This document shows, piece after piece, positions 1 through 8,691 of a stretch of DNA of 24,000 nucleotides. Origin of the DNA: Candidatus Caldarchaeum subterraneum (GTDB lineage: Archaea > Thermoproteota > Nitrososphaeria_A > Caldarchaeales > Caldarchaeaceae); NCBI GenBank assembly GCA_937934305.1, contig CALHAG010000009.1:71057-95056 (forward strand), in the 5' to 3' direction. The translations under genes were made by a program, and so were the position numbers. The notes beneath the pieces are model-generated. The model was not told the origin of the DNA. It did no database searches and saw only the letters and a program-made list of their open reading frames with translations. Numbering within the stretch: position 1 is the first letter of the stretch; every line of letters starts with the position of its first letter.

Positions 1-67
1 GGTGTTGAGGCGTTTGATTAACCTTTGCTTGTTTACTCGGGTGGGTGAAAAGGTTTAATCATGGATT

Positions 68-520
68 GTGGCAAATGTTTTTGTGCCTGTGTTTAAGCGG
101 TCTGTTAGGTATTCGCCTGTGAAGGCCTCTGACCTAATGTCTTATCCTCCTGTGGTGGTTTCCGAGGATGCTACTGTTGAGGAGGCTGCTAAAACGATGT
201 GGGATAACGGGGTTGGCAGCATCCTTGTTTTGGACAAGGATGGAAAGCTCGTCGGCATAATTACGGAGCGGGACATTCTTTACGCGGCGTCTCATCTGCT
301 GCTTGGTAAAGACCTCAAGGCAAAGTCCCTGATGTCGAAAAACCTTGTAACAGCCTCGGCCGACGAAGACGTGGCATCTGTTCTCGAGAAGATGAAGGAC
401 TTCAACATCCGCCACATACCGGTGGTGGACCAAGAGGGAAAGCCTCTCGGCGTCCTCTCCTCAAGAGACATCCTCGACTTCGGGGTGAAGCTTCTCAGCC
501 TCTTCATCCGCTCAACCTAG
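68..520 (+). CDS. Tandem CBS-domain protein, about 150 aa (start uncertain; GTG 68 or GTG 83)
   Basis: The ORF contains two CBS-like repeats (DLMSYPPVVVSEDATVEEAAKTMWDNGVGSILVLDKDGKLVGIITERDIL and SLMSKNLVTASADEDVASVLEKMKDFNIRHIPVVDQEGKPLGVLSSRDIL). A TATA-like tttaat at 54-59 would fit a leaderless start at 83. Confidence 0.9.
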   Translation: MANVFVPVFKRSVRYSPVKASDLMSYPPVVVSEDATVEEAAKTMWDNGVGSILVLDKDGKLVGIITERDILYAASHLLLGKDLKAKSLMSKNLVTASADEDVASVLEKMKDFNIRHIPVVDQEGKPLGVLSSRDILDFGVKLLSLFIRST

Positions 521-2284
521 CCTTGGAAACCTGTTGAGAAAACTTGAGACATCGGTGGAAGGCCTCAACCTACTATATTGCCTGAGGATTGTTTCGACAT
601 CGCATATTTCGCCGCGGTGTTTGCCCGTGGGGAGAGGTTCCTCGGTGAACTTTCTAGGCAACATGTATTCCTCGTCACTCACACCATACAAATTGTTCAG
701 ATATCGCTCGAGCCGCAGAACATTCTCCCCCACCCCGAGAAAAACATCGGCCACCTCTCTTCCATACACGGCGTCGAAGCCGTCGAGATAATCACTGATA
801 TCGAAGACGAGTCGTGAAAATGCGCAGACACCGAGCGAGTCTAGGGCGGCGACTTCGCACTGTTTCTGGTAGATGCGGCGGGCGATGGTCTCCTCTGATG
901 TATTTTCGTCGAAGATGGTTTGTATGCCGTATTTTCTGAAGCTTTGGACGAGGTTGGGATAGACCCAGATGTGGCAGCCGGCGCCATAGTTCTCGACGGC
1001 GTTTATCACTCCCCAGGCCTTCTCGGCTCTTGGGTCCGCGTTTTGAATGCTGATGTTCTTCACAGAGGGTGCCAGCTCTTCGGCTCCATAGTATCGCGCG
1101 GTGTAGGCGGCTCCGTGTCCGAGAATTACACCAATCTCCCCAACATGGCCCGTTTCATGAATAAGCCTACACATTTTCTCAAAATCACCCCATCCCAGCC
1201 TCTTCCCAACCAGCCCCTTCTCGGAGAGGTCCGCATACACCGCAAGGCTGTTCCCCATCTCTATCGGGTCAACACCCATCTCGTAACAGAGCTGCGTCAT
1301 GTATGAGATTTGCGCGAGGTCGAAGACCATGCAGTTTGTCCCCAGCGAAGATATCTGGGCATAGTCGGGGCCCTCACCTCTCACCCCATATGCGACGGTC
1401 TCGCGTCTGCATGATACCGGGCAGAAGCTGCACGTCATTCTCCTCACCAAAACAGTCTCGCTCATTTTTCTGCCGCCGACAAGTGGATACTTTTCGGTGG
1501 TTGTTAATGTGTAGTTTTTGACTGGAATGGCTTCGTTTGAGCCGAGGGCTTCGGCGGCCACCGCCGTGCCGTGGACAGCGAGCAATCCTTTTTCGAGGTT
1601 AAGAAGCGGAGATGCATCGAGCTTGGCCTTGAGCCTCCTCATCAGTTGAGAGTAACGTGTCGGATTCCGCGGAGGCTGGGCAGGTTTTTTCGTTCGCATA
1701 ACTATCGCCTTGAGGTTTTTCGACCCGAAGACAGCACCAACACCGTGTCTAACGCCGCTGCTTCGGCCCATGTCGTTTACGACCGTCGCGATAGGCAACT
1801 GCCTCTCGCCTGCGGGACCTATTGCAAGAACACGGGCATCACCGCCCAGAAGCCTCATAGCCGCACATGTCTCAACAGCACCAAGTCCACGCAACATCTC
1901 CACATCCACGAAAGATATCCCCTCATCAGATAAAACCATGGCTGAAAGCTTATCGAGACGACCTGTGATGTAAAGTGCCGAGTATCCGAGGGCTGCGAGA
2001 GTGTAGGCCGCGTATCCGCCTGTATGGGCCCACGCTATCGTCCCTGTCAGAGGCGACCTAAAGACGAGGGTTAGACGGTTTCCGAGCGGGAAGCCTGTTC
2101 CACCGAGGCTTCCGACAGCCAGAACCAGAGGACTCTCCGGGTCGAGCGCATCCTTCACAGAAGAGTTCCGAGCAATCAACCCCAAGCCGAGACATCTCCC
2201 ACCCCACACCCCCTCCTCAAACAAATCAGGAAACTCATGAACCACCACATTTTTCTCCGAAAGGTCTACTTCGGCTATCCTCAT
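512..2284 (-). CDS. Tungsten-containing aldehyde:ferredoxin oxidoreductase family protein (ORF extends to 2332; preferred start 2284)
   Basis: The N-domain signature MRIAEVDLSEKNVVVHEFP..WGGRCLG..L is present. The Fe-S ligand motif CSFCPVSC (CxxCxxxC) is followed by a distal Cys in DSLGVCAFSR, typical of the AOR family. Confidence 0.93.
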   Translation of the reverse strand: MRIAEVDLSEKNVVVHEFPDLFEEGVWGGRCLGLGLIARNSSVKDALDPESPLVLAVGSLGGTGFPLGNRLTLVFRSPLTGTIAWAHTGGYAAYTLAALGYSALYITGRLDKLSAMVLSDEGISFVDVEMLRGLGAVETCAAMRLLGGDARVLAIGPAGERQLPIATVVNDMGRSSGVRHGVGAVFGSKNLKAIVMRTKKPAQPPRNPTRYSQLMRRLKAKLDASPLLNLEKGLLAVHGTAVAAEALGSNEAIPVKNYTLTTTEKYPLVGGRKMSETVLVRRMTCSFCPVSCRRETVAYGVRGEGPDYAQISSLGTNCMVFDLAQISYMTQLCYEMGVDPIEMGNSLAVYADLSEKGLVGKRLGWGDFEKMCRLIHETGHVGEIGVILGHGAAYTARYYGAEELAPSVKNISIQNADPRAEKAWGVINAVENYGAGCHIWVYPNLVQSFRKYGIQTIFDENTSEETIARRIYQKQCEVAALDSLGVCAFSRLVFDISDYLDGFDAVYGREVADVFLGVGENVLRLERYLNNLYGVSDEEYMLPRKFTEEPLPTGKHRGEICDVETILRQYSRLRPSTDVSSFLNRFPRLG

Positions 2285-2310
2285 CCCTGTATGTTGTTGT
2301 GCTGTCCCGA

Positions 2311-2320
2311 AATTAATATT
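2311..2320. promoter_or_regulatory. AT-rich element (aattaatatt), candidate shared TATA region of the divergent AOR and aldo/keto reductase genes
   Basis: It lies ~26 nt upstream of the plus-strand ATG at 2342 and ~27-32 nt upstream of the minus-strand ATG at 2284. Confidence 0.5.
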
Positions 2321-2341
2321 GCTGGTGAACATTGACTTGTC

Positions 2342-3313
2342 ATGCTTTACAAGGAGCTTGGCCGGACGGGTGAGAGGGTTTCGGTTGTTTGGCTGGGTAC
2401 GTGGCAGTTTGGCTCCGGCTCATGGGGATTTGGTAAAAGCTATGGTGAAAAAGAGTGTCTCGAGGCTGTTTACGCCTCGGTGGAGGCCGGGGTCAACGTG
2501 ATTGACACGGCTGAGGTGTATGGTGGAGGTGTTTCGGAGAAAATTGTTGGGAAAGCGGTTAAGGAGCTTGGAGACAGGGTGTTGATTGCTACGAAGGTTG
2601 CGCCTCATCACCTAACGTACAACGGCGTCATCGAGGCATGTGAGAGAAGCCTCAACAGGCTCGGCGTCAAGACAATCGACCTCTACCAAATCCACTTCCC
2701 AAACCCGCTTATCCCAATCACCCAGACTATGCGGGCGATGGAGCATCTCGTCAAAACGGGTAAAATCCGCTACATCGGAGTAAGCAACTTCTCACTGGGC
2801 CAACTCATCAAAGCCCGCCAAGCACTCAAAAGCGAGGATATCGTCTCCAACCAAGTCCGCTACAACCTTCTCCAGCGCCAGCCAGAAAACCATCTTCTTC
2901 CATACTGCATCCGCGAAAAAATCAACATACTCGCCTACAGCCCTCTCGCACAAGGGCTTCTAACAGGCAAATACACATCAACCAACCCGCCGAGAGACAT
3001 CATAAGAAGAATAAACCCACTCTACACAAGGAGATACCTCAGGCGTATCGAGCCTTTGTTGACGGAGCTACGTAATCTGGGTGAGAAATATGGGGCCTCT
3101 GTGGGGCAGGTTGCTTTGGCATGGGTCTTCGCGCATGAGGGCTGTGTCGCCATCGCGGGGGCTAAGAACAGGGAGCAGGCTCTCAACAACGCGGCCGCAG
3201 GAAATATTCAGCTGACAAGTGATGAGATGGAGAAGCTCAACAAGCTAAGCATGCAAACCCGACCCGGAGCCATGGAGATTATCCAGACAATACCGCGGAT
3301 ACTAGGGTTCTGA
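2342..3313 (+). CDS. Aldo/keto reductase, 323 aa
   Basis: Motifs GxNxIDTAEVYGGGxSE, VLIATKV, DLYQIHFP, IRYIGVSNFSLGQL, VSNQVRYNLLQR and LAYSPLAQGLLTGKY. Confidence 0.94.
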   Translation: MLYKELGRTGERVSVVWLGTWQFGSGSWGFGKSYGEKECLEAVYASVEAGVNVIDTAEVYGGGVSEKIVGKAVKELGDRVLIATKVAPHHLTYNGVIEACERSLNRLGVKTIDLYQIHFPNPLIPITQTMRAMEHLVKTGKIRYIGVSNFSLGQLIKARQALKSEDIVSNQVRYNLLQRQPENHLLPYCIREKINILAYSPLAQGLLTGKYTSTNPPRDIIRRINPLYTRRYLRRIEPLLTELRNLGEKYGASVGQVALAWVFAHEGCVAIAGAKNREQALNNAAAGNIQLTSDEMEKLNKLSMQTRPGAMEIIQTIPRILGF

Positions 3314-3347
3314 AAAACATATCTACTTCCGCGAATGTTTTGAGCCG

Positions 3348-4181
3348 TTGAAGAAGCTGGCAATCGGTTACATACTGTCAACCTTCAACTGCTTATCTCT
3401 GACACCTCTCGCTATCTATCTACTGTTTCCCGCGATGGTGACATATCCTGTTTCGATTGTTTTGCGCGCGCTGGGATGGCGGGATGTTAGACGTGGAACG
3501 GGAGTGGGCTCGGCCTTATACGCTGTCATATTTTCGCTTGGGGTTGTCACGTTTCTGCTCATCCTGCTAACTTTCACCGAGGCACTGCCCCGTGAAGCCC
3601 TCCAAATCGCCGCCCTAAGCTGGACCCTCTACTCAGTCGCTGAACTGTATCTCTACAACTCAGCCGCAAGAAACCTTGGAGCAAGAACCTTTCACCTTGC
3701 ATCGGTCAACATCATCGGCGTCGTCTCCATAGACTATGTTGCGTTCACTGTGTTGCCCGGGTCTGTGCAGAGTTTTCCCGAGGATGTAGGCGGGTTTCTC
3801 TACCTGGGTGCGGGCGTGCTAATCGTCTCCGCTCTAGCTGCCGCGGTAGCGTCAAGCAAAATCAACATAACCCGGTCCAGAACTCTGCAAAACATTCCAA
3901 AGCTCCCGCCTGCAGGAAACATTTCATCAACCCAGAGACAGGCGCAGCCCCTCCTCAAGCTGGAGCCTCTCAGAGAAGGCGTCCAAAAAACATGCCCAAA
4001 ATGCAGAACAATTAACCCCTTGAAAGCAAGAACATGCAGTGGATGTGGAGCCGCCCTAGCAGTGGAAATCGGGCTAAAATGCCCCGTATGCGACGCGCCC
4101 TTCGCCTATGCAAAAAAGCTGAGGATGGACCGCTACATCTGCGGCGTATGCGGCTCAACACTAGTAGTCAAACCAGTGTAG
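3348..4181 (+). CDS. Polytopic membrane protein with two C-terminal zinc-ribbon motifs, 277 aa
   Basis: TTG start (MKKLAIGY). The N-terminal two thirds has several hydrophobic segments. The C-terminus has CPKC(x12)CSGC and CPVC(x14)CGVC. Confidence 0.75.
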   Translation: MKKLAIGYILSTFNCLSLTPLAIYLLFPAMVTYPVSIVLRALGWRDVRRGTGVGSALYAVIFSLGVVTFLLILLTFTEALPREALQIAALSWTLYSVAELYLYNSAARNLGARTFHLASVNIIGVVSIDYVAFTVLPGSVQSFPEDVGGFLYLGAGVLIVSALAAAVASSKINITRSRTLQNIPKLPPAGNISSTQRQAQPLLKLEPLREGVQKTCPKCRTINPLKARTCSGCGAALAVEIGLKCPVCDAPFAYAKKLRMDRYICGVCGSTLVVKPV

Positions 4182-4186
4182 ATAGA

Positions 4187-4482
4187 GGGTGTGCGGCTCA
4201 TAGTCCTCCTTCTGTTTAGGCGGGATTTGTCTCATCGGCTTCCGCCAGGCATCGGGGAGGCTGCTCACAGCCCAGCGGCCTTTCCCGCCGCGGGTCGCCC
4301 GTTTCAACCAATCCACCACGCTCCTCATCGGCTTAGGCGCCGAGTCATGGCCACTGCGTGGTGGAGGTCTCGTTTCTGCGGCGTTGCCAAGGGTCTCCCC
4401 CTGCGCCTCGCGGCGCCGCGGCGCCTCCCACGGGGAAGGAACTTCCTCCGGAGCTCCCGGTGACCCGCCCGGCCGCTCACCC
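4187..4482 (-). ncRNA. rnpB: RNase P RNA, archaeal type
   Basis: The minus strand contains GGAGGAAGUUCC (CR-I-like), CAGAAACGAGACC, GGUUGAAACGGGCGACCC and, near the 3' end, ACAGAAGGAGGACUAU (CR-V-like). The ends form a P1 helix: 5' GGGUGAGCGGC (4482-4472) pairs with 3' GCCGCACACCC (4197-4187) with one A/A mismatch. A TATA-like element at 4507-4516 is ~27 nt upstream of the inferred 5' end. The ORFs here are short, repetitive in composition and match nothing recognisable. Confidence 0.87.
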
Positions 4483-4570
4483 AAAAAACAATGTAGAGCG
4501 GCAACTCTTAATTCTATCTACCAACAAACACATCCGCAAGACAACAACGCCTCAAGATAGTGTAAGTAAA

Positions 4571-4945
4571 TTATTCGGATGATACCGCCTTTTCTAGTTC
4601 TTCGAGCGCCTCTCTTAGGTGCACCGTGTTGAACCTATATTGTCCATGGCCGAAGTAAACGATGTATTTGCTCCTGTCCACTAAGCTTTGGAGATCACTC
4701 CCCCTTAAGCCACTTAGAACAGCCAAGTCGCCGAGAGTAAGGCTCGGGGTAGCATCTGTCTTTATCTTAGCGACTACCAGTTTTCCAATCATGTATGCGA
4801 GAACTTTATACAGAGCTATATCGGTGTAGAATTTAAGCAAAACCGCGCCATCCTCAGCAATCGCAATAAACTTTTTCAACCTTGCAATTTCTGAGATCAA
4901 AACCTCAGATTCATCTATCATCAATTCCTTTAGGCCATTATTCAT
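4571..4945 (-). CDS. Small conserved-looking hypothetical protein (124 aa), paralog of the adjacent upstream gene
   Basis: Complete ORF 6 nt downstream of the next minus-strand gene. It shares the layout (K/R)xxxxI..I.RxK(K/R)FI..GK.A...DLA..GL...KYIV...GQY....LxExLxxLE with the neighbour. Confidence 0.65.
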   Translation of the reverse strand: MNNGLKELMIDESEVLISEIARLKKFIAIAEDGAVLLKFYTDIALYKVLAYMIGKLVVAKIKTDATPSLTLGDLAVLSGLRGSDLQSLVDRSKYIVYFGHGQYRFNTVHLREALEELEKAVSSE

Positions 4946-4951
4946 GCGGCT

Positions 4952-5368
4952 TCACACTTTTTCTTTAATCATTGTCTCCAACCTGTCCAGAATCTCGTTA
5001 AGCCGCGCAAAAACCATGATGTATTCACCACGTTCAACGGACAAAACGTAGTGTTGAGTTTTTAGGTCCGAAAGCCTTGCAGCGACCTGAAAATAATCAG
5101 CGCCAAGCCCATTGCTTATCTCTTCTATCGACGCTGAGTCCTTTTCACCCAGCCCAGCCTCCCGAGCCAATCTTTTACCTAGGAGATACAGTAGTATCTG
5201 GTCCCGAAGAGGCAATTTCTCCCTCGGAGCCACAAAAACTATCTGACCTTTATTTGTGAACCTAATAAATCTCTTAACCCTCTCAATCTGCTCGGATGTA
5301 ATCTCCTCCTCTAACAAGAGCTCCCGCTTTAACTTTTCTTTCAAATCTTCTTTTTTTTCCACGACCAT
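4952..5368 (-). CDS. Small hypothetical protein (138 aa), possibly winged-helix-like C-terminus, paralog of 4571-4945
   Basis: Complete ORF. The C-terminal segment ASIEEISNGLGADYFQVAARLSDLKTQHYVLSVERGEYIMVFARLNEILDRLE resembles an HTH plus wing. Confidence 0.65.
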   Translation of the reverse strand: MVVEKKEDLKEKLKRELLLEEEITSEQIERVKRFIRFTNKGQIVFVAPREKLPLRDQILLYLLGKRLAREAGLGEKDSASIEEISNGLGADYFQVAARLSDLKTQHYVLSVERGEYIMVFARLNEILDRLETMIKEKV

Positions 5369-5447
5369 ACCGATATTTAGGAAAAAATTAAACTTTGCTA
5401 GTAGAAGCGCTGTTTCGGCTGTTTGTATGATTGTTAGGCGGCGTGTG

Positions 5448-5849
5448 TTATTCGATTTTTATTTTTGTTCCTCGTGTTTTTTTCTTTGATACTCGGATTT
5501 CGAGTACTCCTTGGATGTATCTTGCCTTGATGTTTGATGTGTCGATTGCTGTGGGGAGCTCTATCATGAGTCTGTAACGGTTTCCATATCGTGCGGATGG
5601 TATGTCTTGTCTACAGGGCGCCTCCACTATTATGCGGTTTTCGTCGGCGTAGAGGTCTATTTTCTCTTTGTCGGCGCCTGGCATGTCGATTGTTATGACA
5701 TATTGGTCCTCGGTGTCCATTACATGGTGTAGAGGCATCAGGCATCCTGTTCTCATCTCCGCCTCCTTAATCATCCGCATCGTCCGCTCCATCTCATCCT
5801 CCATCCGCCGCTGAATTCTTCTCAACCACTCCCAGGGAGACTCGGACAT
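5448..5849 (-). CDS. Hsp20/alpha-crystallin family small heat shock protein, 133 aa
   Basis: Motifs EDQYVITIDMPGADKEKIDLYADENRIIVEAP and GRYGNRYRLMIELPTAIDTSNIKARYIQGVLEIRVSKK. Confidence 0.93.
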   Translation of the reverse strand: MSESPWEWLRRIQRRMEDEMERTMRMIKEAEMRTGCLMPLHHVMDTEDQYVITIDMPGADKEKIDLYADENRIIVEAPCRQDIPSARYGNRYRLMIELPTAIDTSNIKARYIQGVLEIRVSKKKTRGTKIKIE

Positions 5850-5855
5850 TTTTTC

Positions 5856-6596
5856 TCACCTGTAGACAGGCGGAAGCTCCATCTCACGGGATTTCTGAAC
5901 CATGGCCTCCGCGGTCCGTCTCATCAGGTCACGTAGCTGTATTCTAATGTTTTCCTCGCTCTCTAAAAGTGGTTTGACGTCAACATGCTCGTTCACTAGC
6001 TTGGGCAGCCGCGTAAGTAGCTGAGCCGCTGCGCCTGGGTCGGGGTAGTTGAGATGAGCCTGTGCCAACAATATGTTAACCTCAACATCTCTTCTTAGAC
6101 CCTGTCTAAGTATCTCAGCGTGCACGCCCGTGATGAAGCCTTCCTGAAAAACTTCGGCATCGAGAAACTTGGCCAGCTCCTCGGCTCTCTTCAGCTCAGA
6201 AGATAAAATAAACACCTTGGGTGTATCTATCTCCAGACGCCTCGGCTCAGCCACGCCCGTCAAACACCCAACCCATCCCAATTTCTTATCAACCACCCAG
6301 TCGACCAAAGCCTCGGAAAAGTCTCTTATCAGCATCGGCGGAATAGGCAGCTCTGAGAGAATGGTGAGAAAATTGCTTGATTCATATATTCGGATAAGCT
6401 CCTTGGGGTACCCTCTTCTGACAGGGACGATGGGCGGAAGCTCGGCTGAGTCGACGTACCCCTTTTCCTCAGGCCTCAGCTGCTCAACCATGTAGGACAC
6501 AGCTATGGACCCGGCCAAACCTGTGTCCGGAAAACCTAGCAGCAACGGTTTACCTGTCGAAGTTACATTATCCACGAACTCGAAAACTCTTTTCAT
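5856..6596 (-). CDS. PAC2 family (proteasome assembly chaperone-like) protein, 246 aa
   Basis: Motifs LLLGFPDTGLAGSIAVSYMVEQL, GVHAEIL and LAQAHLNYPDPGAAAQLLTRLPKLVN. Confidence 0.85.
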   Translation of the reverse strand: MKRVFEFVDNVTSTGKPLLLGFPDTGLAGSIAVSYMVEQLRPEEKGYVDSAELPPIVPVRRGYPKELIRIYESSNFLTILSELPIPPMLIRDFSEALVDWVVDKKLGWVGCLTGVAEPRRLEIDTPKVFILSSELKRAEELAKFLDAEVFQEGFITGVHAEILRQGLRRDVEVNILLAQAHLNYPDPGAAAQLLTRLPKLVNEHVDVKPLLESEENIRIQLRDLMRRTAEAMVQKSREMELPPVYR

Positions 6597-6693
6597 GTCG
6601 GCACAGTTTCATAAATGATATACCAAACTATATTCTTGTCGTTTTCAAAAAAGCTTAAATTATTTTTGCCTTTTTTATTCTTTCGGAGGAAAT

Positions 6694-8691
6694 TTGTCGG
6701 AAGCGTTGCCTTTTGATGAATATTTGGAGCTTCCGAACTGGCGGGCGAGAACCGTGGACATCGAGGCCTATAAACGGTTTTGGAGAACAACTGTAGAGGA
6801 TTTTGTTGGTTTTTGGGAGAAGGAGGCCAGGAATCTTGAATGGTTTAGGCCGTGGGACCGTGTTCTCGAGAGCGGTGAACATCCATTTGTCTTCAAATGG
6901 TTCGTGGGAGGCTTGCTTAACATCTCCTACTTGTGTCTCGATAGGCATGCGAAAAGCTGGAGGAGAAACAAGGTGGCATACATCTGGGAGGGTGAGCCAG
7001 TTGACGGTGATGGAAGGCCTCTGAGCACACGCAAGTACACCTATTACGAGCTTTATCGTGAGGTTAACAGGCTTGCACATGTCTTTCTTAGCCTCGGTCT
7101 TAGGAAGGGCGATAGAGCAGCCATCTATCTACCGATGATTCCGGAGCTGCCCATCACCATGCTTGCCCTCGCTCGGATTGGTGTAATATTCACCGTGGTG
7201 TTTAGCGGGTTTTCGGCTGAGAACCTTGCTATACGCGTAAACGACCTGGGCGCCAAAGTATTGGTTACTGCTGACGGTTTTTACCGGAGGGGGCGTCTGA
7301 TTAACTTGAAGGAAGTGGTTGACAAAGCCGTGGAGTCCACGGATGTGGAGAAGGTTGTGGTTGTGAAGAGGGCTGGAAACGAGGTCTCAATGAAGGAGGG
7401 GCGTGACTTTTGGCTGCATGATTTGCTGAGGACTGTTCCAGAAAATGTGAGTGTAGAACCCGAGCCCCTGGACTCGACTCATCCGCTCTATGTGTTATAC
7501 ACATCGGGCACCACGGGTAAGCCAAAGGGCATTATACATGATACAGGTGGTTACGCGGTTCTTCTCAACTCGACGATGAAATGGGTGTTCGACATCAGAG
7601 ACGATGACGTTTATTTCTGCACGGCGGACATTGGCTGGGTAACGGGCCATAGCTACATAGTTTTCGGCCCCTTGATGGCTGGTGCAACCATCGTGATGTA
7701 TGAGGGGACGCCTGATTATCCCACGGTCGAGAGATGGTGGCAGATTATAGAGAGAAACGGTGTGACGATTTTCTACACGACTCCGACCGCCGTTAGGATG
7801 CTTATGCGCTTTGGAAATGAACCCGTCCAGAAACACAACCGCTCAACCCTAAGAATAATTCACAGCGTCGGCGAGCCGATTAACCCCGCGGCATGGAAAT
7901 GGCTATTCGAAGTGGTCGGGGAAAGGAGATGCCCCGTCGGCTCGACATGGTGGATGACCGAGACAGGCGGAATCTTGATAAGCCATCTACCCGGCTTAAT
8001 GCTCACACCTCTTAAACCCGGAACAAACGGATTACCCCTCCCCGGAATAGATGCAGAAGTCGTCGATGAGAAGGGCGTCGTCGCCGCCCCGGGTCAAAGA
8101 GGGTATCTTGTGATCAGGAAGCCGTGGCCCGGTATGCTGGGGCCTCCGACGGGTATGTGGAAGGAGCCTGAGAGATATAGGCAGGTTTATTGGGAGAAGG
8201 TGAACGGAGTGTTTTTCACAGGCGATTATGCTGTCAAGGATGTTGATGGATATATTTGGGTTGCGGGCAGGGCTGATGAGGTCTTGAAAGTTGCTGGACA
8301 CAGGATAGGCACCTACGAGCTTGAGTCGGTTCTTGTATCTCATGCAGCTGTATCGGAGGCCGCCGTCGTAGGCGTCCCAGATGAAATAAAGGGAGAAACA
8401 CCTGTCGCCTTCGTGGTTTTGAAATCAGGTTACCAGGGAGGAAATGAAACAGCTGAACAGCTAATAAAATATGTTAGAGAGACCTATGGAGCGATAGCTA
8501 CACCGTCAAGTATTCTATTTGTTTCGAAGCTGCCAAAAACACGCAGCGGGAAGATTATGAGACGTGTTTTGAGAGCAGTGGCAACTGGCGGGAGCTTGGG
8601 TGACTTGACGACGCTTGAGGATGAGGCTGCAGTCGATGAGGTTAAAGAAAGCTATGAACAGCTTTTGAAAGAAGTTCGCCGTGGGCGATAG
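6694..8691 (+). CDS. acs: AMP-forming acyl-CoA synthetase, acetyl/propionyl-CoA synthetase-like, 665 aa
   Basis: TTG start preceded by ggagga. Motifs YTSGTTGKPKGIIHDTGGY, CTADIGWVTGHSYIVFGPL, STWWMTETGG, GRADEVLKVAGHRIGTYELESVL and the C-terminal lysine motif PKTRSGKIMRRVLRA. Confidence 0.92.
   Translation: MSEALPFDEYLELPNWRARTVDIEAYKRFWRTTVEDFVGFWEKEARNLEWFRPWDRVLESGEHPFVFKWFVGGLLNISYLCLDRHAKSWRRNKVAYIWEGEPVDGDGRPLSTRKYTYYELYREVNRLAHVFLSLGLRKGDRAAIYLPMIPELPITMLALARIGVIFTVVFSGFSAENLAIRVNDLGAKVLVTADGFYRRGRLINLKEVVDKAVESTDVEKVVVVKRAGNEVSMKEGRDFWLHDLLRTVPENVSVEPEPLDSTHPLYVLYTSGTTGKPKGIIHDTGGYAVLLNSTMKWVFDIRDDDVYFCTADIGWVTGHSYIVFGPLMAGATIVMYEGTPDYPTVERWWQIIERNGVTIFYTTPTAVRMLMRFGNEPVQKHNRSTLRIIHSVGEPINPAAWKWLFEVVGERRCPVGSTWWMTETGGILISHLPGLMLTPLKPGTNGLPLPGIDAEVVDEKGVVAAPGQRGYLVIRKPWPGMLGPPTGMWKEPERYRQVYWEKVNGVFFTGDYAVKDVDGYIWVAGRADEVLKVAGHRIGTYELESVLVSHAAVSEAAVVGVPDEIKGETPVAFVVLKSGYQGGNETAEQLIKYVRETYGAIATPSSILFVSKLPKTRSGKIMRRVLRAVATGGSLGDLTTLEDEAAVDEVKESYEQLLKEVRRGR

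Noticed and set aside
920-1306. 128-aa plus-strand ORF (and 578-817, 1303-1521, 1571-1933, 1710-1973)
   Set aside because: These are antisense to the well-supported AOR gene and have no recognisable motifs.
4161-4484. 107-aa minus-strand ORF and overlapping plus-strand ORFs (4191-4463, 4358-4582)
   Set aside because: The sequence is better explained as RNase P RNA. The ORF translations are compositionally biased and overlap the RNA on both strands.
5256-5489. 77-aa plus-strand ORF spanning the gap between the small paralog and Hsp20
   Set aside because: It is Ser/Phe/Arg-rich with no signatures, and largely antisense to flanking genes. The ~79-nt gap is more plausibly a promoter region.
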